Assembly (NCBI GenBank): GCA_003280965.1
Contig: QCDI01000004.1
Location: 68,178 to 132,177, forward strand
Origin: Prochlorococcus sp. AG-355-B18
Lineage (GTDB): Bacteria > Cyanobacteriota > Cyanobacteriia > PCC-6307 > Cyanobiaceae
DNA: 64,000 nt
Direction: 5' to 3'
The position numbers and the translations under genes are program-made. The stretch's first letter is position 1. Each line of letters begins with the position of its first letter. The notes beneath the pieces were generated by a model. The model saw only the letters and a list, made by a program, of their open reading frames with translations. It did no database searches and was not told the DNA's origin. Of the stretch, positions 56,599 to 64,000 are shown one piece after another.

Positions 56599-56718
56599 AT
56601 GAAAAATAAAACTTTATTAAAAGAATGTAAGTGTATACATTGCCAACAAAAACTAGAGCAAATTAATAATTCAAGATTATATTGGGACAAATTAATTTTA
56701 AGTAAAATTTCAACCTAG
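56599..56718 (+). CDS. Micropeptide with CxCxxC motif (39 aa)
   Basis: MKNKTLLKECKCIHCQQKLEQINNSRLYWDKLILSKIST; GAGG ribosome-binding site. Confidence 0.55.
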   Translation: MKNKTLLKECKCIHCQQKLEQINNSRLYWDKLILSKIST

Positions 56719-57068
56719 CTTCTTATGAAAAGAAGCATAAATGCACAAACGGTTAATTCCAAAATAACCATTTTTTTAACTCCTATATTGAGATAATTAA
56801 TAATTTTTTATACAATTCTTTTAATACTTTCTTAATAAATAAAATTACTTAGCTTTTTGATTTCTTTTGTAGATTTTATTTTCTCTATTTAAAAGAAAAA
56901 GGATAATAATAATACAAGAAGGAATAAGAATAAAATCCAAAGACATACACTTAGTTTAGTCTATTTTCTATTTAGCAATAAAACAAATATTTGGCAGTCC
57001 TTTAATGACTTAAAGTCTCATAATGAAAAAAATATATAATTGGTTGTTTTATTTCTTATTTGACAAAT

Positions 57069-57165
57069 TAAAAGAGCCTGCAAGTATCCCACCTGCAAGC
57101 TCATGACGACCTAGTTAAATTCAGAATTTCTGACGTTAACCAGCTAAGCACTTCCTAAATGCTAT
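57069..57165 (-). ncRNA. Candidate sRNA divergent from hli
   Basis: GC-elevated ~95 nt with a 12-bp terminal stem that pairs fully only on the minus strand (two G-U pairs), followed by a U tract; TAGTAT -10-like sequence upstream. Confidence 0.45.
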
Positions 57166-57356
57166 CCATATACTAATAAGTAAAATTACTTATTGTGAGT
57201 ATAAATGCTTATTCTTATTCATTTATCCGCTAATTAGGTTAAAAGAAAAATTTAATGAAAATTTTTAAATCTATTTTCAGCAAAAATTTCACATACTGTT
57301 CCATAAATGCTTATAAAAAAAATTCCTGCTTTTGGTTTACATAACTTAATATTTAT

Positions 57357-57374
57357 GTTACAATGGTTAACAAT
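57357..57374 (+). promoter_or_regulatory. HLR1-like element
   Basis: GTTACAAT-GG-TTAACAAT, 13 bp before the hli ATG. Confidence 0.65.
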
Positions 57375-57387
57375 TGTATTTTTTAAA

Positions 57388-57594
57388 ATGACGAATACTG
57401 GAGTAACAACAGAATCAGGTGGAAGACAAAATATGTTCCCATCAGAAACTAGACCTTATATTGATGAATCAGTTTCTTATGATGGTTATCCTCAAAATGC
57501 AGAAAAGGTAAATGGAAGATGGGCTATGGTTGGTTTTGTTGCATTGTTAGGTGCTTACGTAACAACCGGACAAATCATACCAGGAATTTTTTAA
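57388..57594 (+). CDS. hli: High light inducible protein (68 aa)
   Basis: TTESGGRQNMFPSE, AEKVNGRWAMVG and TGQIIPGIF motifs; start moved to 57388. Confidence 0.95.
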   Translation: MTNTGVTTESGGRQNMFPSETRPYIDESVSYDGYPQNAEKVNGRWAMVGFVALLGAYVTTGQIIPGIF

Positions 57595-57648
57595 TAAATA
57601 AATTTATTTAACTTATAAATCCCAATTTTTAATTTACTACAATTAAAT

Positions 57649-57777
57649 TTAATTCAATTTAGAGAATAAAAAAAACCAACTAAAAGTTATTGCATTAAGG
57701 CCAAATATTATTCCTAGAAATATATATGCGAATTTTTTTCCTATAAAGGCTGTATCAGGCTCAAGTTTTACTCTCAT
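57649..57777 (-). CDS. Single-transmembrane micropeptide (42 aa)
   Basis: MRVKLEPDTAFIGKKFAYIFLGIIFGLNAITFSWFFLFSKLN. Confidence 0.5.
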   Translation of the reverse strand: MRVKLEPDTAFIGKKFAYIFLGIIFGLNAITFSWFFLFSKLN

Positions 57778-58232
57778 AAATTTCTAGTATTAATTAGACG
57801 AATTTAGCATTATTTACAATATAAATATGGAATTTGCAAAAGAAAAAAATTAAATTAATATTTCCTTCCTTTACTCTTTTATCTGAATTTAATTTGCAAC
57901 ATTTTTATCAAATTATAATTGGGCAATTTTTTTATTAATATTGTTGTTGCCTGTAACCTTTCTGGGTTTGAGTGAATCTTGCTCCAATGTAAATTAATAA
58001 AATTAGCCAAAAAATGATTTCCAAACTTAGGTTAACCATTTAATTTACCTTAAATCTATTGATAAACTAATTCCAAATGTGTTATCTCTGTAAAGTCTTT
58101 ATACTGATTTTAGTTTAATATCATTATTTGATAAAGTATATTTCAATTATAGTTTATCTCTAAAATCTAATATCAATAAAAAATCAAAAAAAAGAACCAA
58201 AGAAATTGGCTCTAAAAAAGTTTAAAGTTTGG

Positions 58233-58373
58233 TTAGATAAAACCGGGAATAATTTGACCTGTAGTTAAATAAGCTCCAACTAGTGCTACGAAACCCAACA
58301 TAGCAAATCTTCCGTTTAACTTTTCAGCTACGATTTTTTCTTTTTCAACAATCTTTGGTTCAGTATTATTCAT
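58233..58373 (-). CDS. hli: High light inducible protein (46 aa)
   Basis: MNNTEPKIVEKEKIVAEKLNGRFAMLG...TGQIIPGFI; start at 58373. Confidence 0.95.
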   Translation of the reverse strand: MNNTEPKIVEKEKIVAEKLNGRFAMLGFVALVGAYLTTGQIIPGFI

Positions 58374-58480
58374 TAGAACCAACCTGGAATAATTTGGCCT
58401 GTAGTTACATATGCGCCGACTGCTGCAACAAAACCTAACATTGCTGCCCAACCGTTAAAACGTTCTGCTTCTGGAGTCAT
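58373..58480 (-). CDS. hli: High light inducible protein (35 aa)
   Basis: MTPEAERFNGWAAMLGFVAAVGAYVTTGQIIPGWF; same protein sequence as 43821-43928. Confidence 0.95.
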   Translation of the reverse strand: MTPEAERFNGWAAMLGFVAAVGAYVTTGQIIPGWF

Positions 58481-58493
58481 TTTTTTAATGTGA

Positions 58494-58511
58494 TTTGTAA
58501 ATAAATATAAC
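58494..58511 (-). promoter_or_regulatory. HLR1-like element
   Basis: GTTATATT-TA-TTTACAAA on the minus strand, 13 bp upstream of the hli ATG. Confidence 0.55.
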
Positions 58512-58714
58512 ATATTTATTTATTAATGTAAAGGATAGTTCATAGAATTGCCAATTAAATATAAATAAAAACAATTATGCGACAAATATGTATCGACTTA
58601 TACTTTATTGACGATATGCGTTTTCTGGAGTTTGATAAGGAAAATATAAATTAAGAGCTTTATCTTTATAGAATTAAATCCTCAATTGAAAGTAAATTAA
58701 ATTAAAATATATTT

Positions 58715-58750
58715 AAGAGTCAGCTAGTAGGGATACAGGCTGACTCTTTT
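58715..58750 (+). terminator. Orphan GC-rich hairpin with U tract
   Basis: AAGAGTCAGC-N14-GCTGACTCTT followed by TT. Confidence 0.55.
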
Positions 58751-58831
58751 AATTTAGTATTTTTAGTTTGAAGAAAAATAGTTTTTAGATTTTAAATATT
58801 TGCTAATAATAAATTAGATAAAGAGAGACTA

Positions 58832-58996
58832 ATGTCATTTGCTACTTATTTCATGCATGTAATTTTCACAAGAATTCCTTCTCTGATTAATTCTGATTTA
58901 ATACTTTATATTTTGCCAACTCTTACTGTTGCGATACTATTCTTTAGCCTTAAGATAATGTTCTTTAAGACTCCTAAATTGAGAAAAGTGAAATAA
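58832..58996 (+). CDS. Small membrane protein (54 aa)
   Basis: MSFATYFMHVIFTRIPSLINSDLILYILPTLTVAILFFSLKIMFFKTPKLRKVK. Confidence 0.45.
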   Translation: MSFATYFMHVIFTRIPSLINSDLILYILPTLTVAILFFSLKIMFFKTPKLRKVK

Positions 58997-59047
58997 AGAA
59001 GATATCAGAATAAATTATTTATACTGCATATCTTAATTATTTTTATT

Positions 59048-59671
59048 TTGGATAATAGACTTTTTTTTTCGGCTACTAAAAGAAATAGCGCCTTTATTGG
59101 AGATGTACTATCCAAAATCATAAAAAGAAATGGTTCAATATTGGAAATAGGAAGTGGTAGTGGAGAGCACGGAGTAGTTTTTCAAAAACGTTTTCCAGAA
59201 GTAATTTGGCAAACAAGTGATCCAAAGTTAGTACATAGAAAAAGTATAAGTTCTTGGATTGAGCATGAAAATTTAAGTAAGAAAATGCCCCAACCTCTTG
59301 TACTTGATGTAGAAAAAATTCCTTGGGAAATTCCACTGAATTTAGTACATTCTTTGCAAGGCATAGTTTCTATTAATATGATTCATGTAGCAGAATGGAC
59401 TTGTACGATCGCGCTCTTTAAGGAGTCAGCAAAATTATTAAAAAATAGGCAATTTTTGATATTGTATGGACCATTTAGGATTGGCAATAAGCATACAAGT
59501 AAAAGTAATTATTTATTTGATAATTCATTAAAAATGCAGAATAATCATTGGGGGATTAGAAATCTTGAGGAAGTTAGTGAAGAAGGTAAAAAAAATGGCT
59601 TTTTTCAAGAAGATATTATTGATATGCCAGCAAATAATTTTTCAATAATTTATAGGAAAGGTATGAATTAA
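59048..59671 (+). CDS. DUF938-family SAM-dependent methyltransferase
   Basis: LEIGSGSGEH, WQTSD, INMIH, LYGPF, WGIR and MPANN motifs. Confidence 0.9.
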   Translation: MDNRLFFSATKRNSAFIGDVLSKIIKRNGSILEIGSGSGEHGVVFQKRFPEVIWQTSDPKLVHRKSISSWIEHENLSKKMPQPLVLDVEKIPWEIPLNLVHSLQGIVSINMIHVAEWTCTIALFKESAKLLKNRQFLILYGPFRIGNKHTSKSNYLFDNSLKMQNNHWGIRNLEEVSEEGKKNGFFQEDIIDMPANNFSIIYRKGMN

Positions 59672-59719
59672 AAAAATTAAAAGTTTAATAGGTATATTTA
59701 AAATGATTTAATTAACTTA

Positions 59720-59881
59720 TCAACTTGATAGTTTTCTACTCCACTCTTTATGCTTTTCATCTAAATTTGAAACTTTTTCTCCTAGGCTAAGCTGTTTCTC
59801 TAATAATTCTACTTTTGTTAGAGTTATTTCCTCTGAATAAAATTTAATAGGCTGATTACCATGTAAATTGTCTCCACTCAT
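59720..59881 (-). CDS. Small hypothetical protein (53 aa)
   Basis: MSGDNLHGNQPIKFYSEEITLTKVELLEKQLSLGEKVSNLDEKHKEWSRKLSS. Confidence 0.55.
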   Translation of the reverse strand: MSGDNLHGNQPIKFYSEEITLTKVELLEKQLSLGEKVSNLDEKHKEWSRKLSS

Positions 59882-59993
59882 AATAAATTTAATATCTTGA
59901 ATAATTTTCTAAGATGAAAAATAAGATATTACTGATTCTTTTATATTCTTTTCAGATTTGCGTAAATTAATGTGATAAAGAAAATTGTATTTA

Positions 59994-61178
59994 TTATTTT
60001 CTTGATCCTCTTTTATTATATGAAGATTGCCAAATATATCTTCCTCCTTTTTCTCCCTTTATCTCTGATTTAACAGCAACGCAATTACAAGCAATATTCC
60101 AGAGTGCTTTGGGTATAGGGTCAGGATTAAAAAGATATGCTTTGTTAAAGGCTTTTTTAATTAAAACAGTAGCTTTTTTAGCGTGATAATGAGGAATGGT
60201 TGGACAGACATGATGTACGACATGGCTCGAGCCTATATTATGATGCAGAAAGTTAAGGATTTTTCCGTAAGGTCTGTCAATAGATAGAAAGGCTCCTTTC
60301 ATAAATGAAAATCCAGTGTTTGAAAGATGTGGCACATCTGAATCTGTATGATGAAGCCATGTATAAACCACCAACCAACTATTTACTACTAATAAAGGAC
60401 CAAAATAAATTGCTATTACAGGAAATAATCCATGCTTAATAACAAAGAAAAAGATACCCAATAACGTTAAAACTACGCCAATATCTGATATCCAAACTTT
60501 CTTAGTCCATATTGATGGCCATAATGCTTTAGAAAATGGTTTTATTGGCCAAAAATGATTTGAAGTTCCATATTTAATACCTCCAGTACTGCCAGTAAGT
60601 AAATAAGCAGGCCAGCCAAATATTAGATGTAAAACAAGTTGAAGAATTCCGTAACTTTTCTTACCTATGGAATTTGAAAAATTCAATTCTTTATCTCCTC
60701 CAACCTTTTCTGTAATCCCATTGCCATCAATGACTAAAGGAACGTGAGTTTCACCATTGGTTACATTATTAGTAAATCGATGATGCACTGCATGAGAACG
60801 TTGCCAAGAGAAATAAGGAACAAGGAGTAATGAATGTAGTAAATATCCAGTTATAGTTTCTAAAGTTTTGTTTTTTGAAAATGCTCCATGTCCACATTCA
60901 TGGGCAATTACCCAGAATCCCATCGCAGTAGTACCTGATATTAATGAGTATATGATCCAAATTGGGATCATTTTTGGAGTAAATGGAATAGATAACCCTA
61001 TTGCAACTACTAATAATTGAATCAAAGCTGATTGTAAAAGATACCTTAAAGAAGTTTTCGTATTGCACTTAAAATAATGTTCTGGGATAACATCCTTAAA
61101 TTCTTTTATGCTTGGAATATCTTTATTCTCTATTACAAGCGCTTTGCCTTGAAGGCCCGAAAACTTTATATTTCTCAA
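59994..61178 (-). CDS. desA: Delta-12-type membrane fatty acid desaturase
   Basis: His boxes HECGH, HAVHH and HVVHH; LLVPYFSWQRSH. Confidence 0.88.
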   Translation of the reverse strand: MRNIKFSGLQGKALVIENKDIPSIKEFKDVIPEHYFKCNTKTSLRYLLQSALIQLLVVAIGLSIPFTPKMIPIWIIYSLISGTTAMGFWVIAHECGHGAFSKNKTLETITGYLLHSLLLVPYFSWQRSHAVHHRFTNNVTNGETHVPLVIDGNGITEKVGGDKELNFSNSIGKKSYGILQLVLHLIFGWPAYLLTGSTGGIKYGTSNHFWPIKPFSKALWPSIWTKKVWISDIGVVLTLLGIFFFVIKHGLFPVIAIYFGPLLVVNSWLVVYTWLHHTDSDVPHLSNTGFSFMKGAFLSIDRPYGKILNFLHHNIGSSHVVHHVCPTIPHYHAKKATVLIKKAFNKAYLFNPDPIPKALWNIACNCVAVKSEIKGEKGGRYIWQSSYNKRGSRK

Positions 61179-61425
61179 ATTTTTTTTAGGTAAGAATTTT
61201 GTTAAATAAAAATCAATTTATATATCCTATTATCCATCACAGGATCTTCTTATTAAAAGAATGTATCATTTATCTTTGTCAATGGAATTTTTAAAACCTA
61301 ATTTTCATCCTAAAAAAGACTAATTTAGGTTGCAAAACTTAGTTTTATATCTTTATTGAAATTTCTTGATTTATACATGCAATTAGTTTTTTCATCCCCT
61401 TTATTGGTTCCTATTAAAAGCTTAT

Positions 61426-61557
61426 TTAAAGACCACGTATATACTTCTTAGGTAGACCTGTTTGTTTACGAGGCTTTACTAAAATAGGTAAAACTATCAC
61501 TCCAACTGTAAAAAGACAGATTGGAGCAACTACCATCAATATAGATTCTAATGACAT
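61426..61557 (-). CDS. Single-transmembrane micropeptide (43 aa)
   Basis: MSLESILMVVAPICLFTVGVIVLPILVKPRKQTGLPKKYIRGL. Confidence 0.55.
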   Translation of the reverse strand: MSLESILMVVAPICLFTVGVIVLPILVKPRKQTGLPKKYIRGL

Positions 61558-61754
61558 GAAATAATTTTGAATTTATTAATAAATAGCAGGATTTTTTTTA
61601 AAAGTCATGCGTATTTATATCTATTTAGTGATGATTGCTTTAAAACATCTATAGTTTATTAAGTAAAAGAGAAAAAAAGATTAAAAAAATTCATTTTTCA
61701 ATATTCATCCTGTTTAATTGTTCAATATTTCACTTTATTGAGAGGTAAGACATT

Positions 61755-61895
61755 ATGGATGAAGAAAAAAAATGGATGTTAATGACTTATTATTGCCCAA
61801 CTCATGGCGATTCAGGGATGATAAAACCAATTGAAATAACAAAAAAGGAAATTAACAAAACATTCCAAAAAAAAGATATTACTTCTAAAAATTAA
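61755..61895 (+). CDS. Small hypothetical protein (46 aa)
   Basis: MDEEKKWMLMTYYCPTHGDSGMIKPIEITKK...; GAGGT ribosome-binding site. Confidence 0.45.
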   Translation: MDEEKKWMLMTYYCPTHGDSGMIKPIEITKKEINKTFQKKDITSKN

Positions 61896-62292
61896 TTTAT
61901 TTCTTCAATTTATGAAGAAATAGTCACAATCTTAATTTAAACCTCGTATCTAAAAGTACTAAAAAAAATGTTTGGCTGCTTTTTAATCAGCGGAATTAAT
62001 AAATTATTTTTGAATAGAATTTTGAAATATTACTTGACCTCTTTTTTAGATAGACTTAGGAGAAATAATTTTATAAAAATATTCATGATTAATTTATTTG
62101 AATAATTATTAATTTATTAATTAACAAGTTCTTAATATTAATAATTTCTAAACTTGATCAGAATCGCAGGTCAATTCACACTGATTAAGATCATTAGATG
62201 AAATCTTCTCTAAAATTCTTAACATATCTATTTCAGAAAGCTCTCCATTAGAGTTCCATTTTAAAGTCGTTTTTCTTTGTGGGTAATTTTTT

Positions 62293-62451
62293 TTATTCAT
62301 TTTGATCTCCACCCTTTAAATGAATTTCTAAACAACGAGTAATACATTCTTGATGACCATCAACAATACTGCATTCAGTAATACACTCAAAATATGAATT
62401 AATGGAATCTATTTCTGTATTCTCGTTGGTAGAAACAAATGAATCATTCAT
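62293..62451 (-). CDS. Small Cys-rich protein (twin CxxxC)
   Basis: YFECITECSIVDGHQECITRCLEIHL; likely ATG at 62451. Confidence 0.65.
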   Translation of the reverse strand: MNDSFVSTNENTEIDSINSYFECITECSIVDGHQECITRCLEIHLKGGDQNE

Positions 62452-62741
62452 GATATTAGTAGATTTATTTGGAATAGAGATATAGCACGAAATTATGTTC
62501 AATAATTTGATTTATTAAGTGAATTAGGAAAAATAAGTATTAGTTACTAAATTTATATTGCACTTAGTTTACCTTTGAAAAAGCTATTGATAGTCTTCTT
62601 TTAAAAGATAAAAGAAACAACAATTTTGGTTATTTAAGATGTTTTTTTAAAAAGCTATCTTTCAAAAAAATCAGCATAAAGACTGATTTACTTTTCGGTA
62701 ATTTAGTTAGATGATAAAAAAGTACACTTTTAGATTTTCAA

Positions 62742-62894
62742 ATGAAATCAGTAATAAATTGGCTTTCTAAAATGTTTGAGAGTATGGCAAACGCTTTTAT
62801 GCATCCACTAAAGAATGACTTGCCTCCATCTATTGGTACACATGCATATAGCAGTATCCCTCTAAAAAGAAAATTTAGAAGAAGGTTGAACTAG
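62742..62894 (+). CDS. Small hypothetical protein (50 aa)
   Basis: MKSVINWLSKMFESMANAFMHPLKNDLPPSIGTHAYSSIPLKRKFRRRLN. Confidence 0.55.
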   Translation: MKSVINWLSKMFESMANAFMHPLKNDLPPSIGTHAYSSIPLKRKFRRRLN

Positions 62895-62897
62895 GTA

Positions 62898-64000
62898 TCA
62901 ACTTATTGGGATTAATTTTTCATTTTTATTATCCCAAATAATATATTTAAAGCAGTTTGAAAAATCGCTTAATCGCAAAAACTTTGAATGCTGAAGCAAA
63001 TGAATATTTGCTTTATGACAAGCCCTTAAGTTGTAATTTGGTATTCTCTCAGAGAGATGATGAATGCTGTGGAAGGATATGTCAGCTAAAAACCAATTAA
63101 GCCAATTAGGTATATCTAAATTGCTACTACCCAAAATCGCTCCATCGACGATATCCCAATTTTTCGTCTTTTTAGCATATGCATTTTCATAGTTATGTTG
63201 TACAAAAAAAACGCATATTAAAATTGAAGCTGATAGGGTTAACATCACAGAATAAAATGATAAGAAAAAAACTAACCCCAACCATTTGCACATAAAAATC
63301 CACCCTATGATTACTATTACGTTATTAATTACTAACTCAAATAGTTCACTAAAATTATCTCCATAATCAGAAAAAGGTGGTTTAACTCTCGAATTTATAG
63401 CTAAAAGTTTAGAAATTTCTCTATTTTTTATTTTGATAAAAGTCTCTTTCAATACATCTTTAGTAAAATTAAAAATGATTATAATTAGCCCTAATCTAGG
63501 CTTTAAAACTAAATAATAAAAGCCTCCAGGGAAAATCATTACCCAATCTCGACTTAATTTATATAAAAATTTCTCTCTTTTTGAGAGAGAATTATAATCC
63601 TCAAGACTTAAAACATCTATAGGGCCTTTATAAATTTCCCAGTTTCCATTATTTTTATGATGGAATGCATGATCAATTGACCATGATTTCTGGGGAATAC
63701 CATTTACTAAACCAAGTAAGAATCCAAAAAAGCGGTTTAATTTCCTTTTTGTAAAGAGAGAATTATGACCGCAATCATGCATTAATGAGAATGTTCGTGA
63801 AGAGAATAGAGTTAAAAGACAAATAATAGGTATCAATAAAAAACCTTTTATCAATAATGAAAGAGGTTGATTTATTATTTGGTAAACAATTATCCAAATA
63901 GAAATTATTGGTAGGATGGTACAAATAATTTGGTATGAAGCTCTAAAATTGTTTCTTTTTAGAAATGGCCGGATTAAAAAATCACTTCTATTTACCTTGA
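62898..64000 (-). CDS. Membrane fatty acid desaturase (start lies beyond the window)
   Basis: His boxes HDCGH, HAFHH and HSIHH; the frame stays open to the window edge. Confidence 0.9.
   Translation of the reverse strand, partial: KVNRSDFLIRPFLKRNNFRASYQIICTILPIISIWIIVYQIINQPLSLLIKGFLLIPIICLLTLFSSRTFSLMHDCGHNSLFTKRKLNRFFGFLLGLVNGIPQKSWSIDHAFHHKNNGNWEIYKGPIDVLSLEDYNSLSKREKFLYKLSRDWVMIFPGGFYYLVLKPRLGLIIIIFNFTKDVLKETFIKIKNREISKLLAINSRVKPPFSDYGDNFSELFELVINNVIVIIGWIFMCKWLGLVFFLSFYSVMLTLSASILICVFFVQHNYENAYAKKTKNWDIVDGAILGSSNLDIPNWLNWFLADISFHSIHHLSERIPNYNLRACHKANIHLLQHSKFLRLSDFSNCFKYIIWDNKNEKLIPIS

Larger units (their letters stand above)
38030..64000. mobile_element. Hypervariable genomic island (no mobility gene seen)
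   Basis: Abrupt switch from dense core genes to hypothetical and micro-ORFs, multicopy hli genes and long AT-rich gaps. The right boundary lies beyond the window. Confidence 0.75.

Overview
This is a very AT-rich marine picocyanobacterial chromosome segment. Gene content, gene order and multicopy hli types point to a high-light Prochlorococcus (inference). Bases 1-38,014 are core genome: biotin genes (bioC partial, bioK/bioH-type esterase, bioF), a Ski2/HelY-like helicase, fumC, purB, tlyA, glnB, queF, ccs1/ccdA, ftsW, both ATP synthase operons, nadE/nadD, pepP, PSRP-3, groES/groEL, secG, gpmI, pyrR, an Hsp70-like gene, rpoZ and an EVE-domain gene. From about 38,030 to the end is a genomic island with low coding density: six hli genes at three loci, many 26-60 aa micro-ORFs missed by the ORF track, candidate sRNAs, a class II glutamine riboswitch with a DUF4278-like peptide, and two fatty-acid desaturases. 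The most unusual structure is the island's left edge (38.0-43.2 kb), which has three parts: (i) a 2+3 inverted set of 9-bp repeats resembling recombinase arm sites, (ii) a small Cys/His protein with a LexA-type box just upstream, and (iii) a tandem array of five secreted Cys-rich proteins built from shuffled short modules, one of them bounded exactly by 54-bp direct repeats. I recognised no tRNA, rRNA, CRISPR array, integrase or transposase. All calls come from reading the sequence by eye; no database searches were run.
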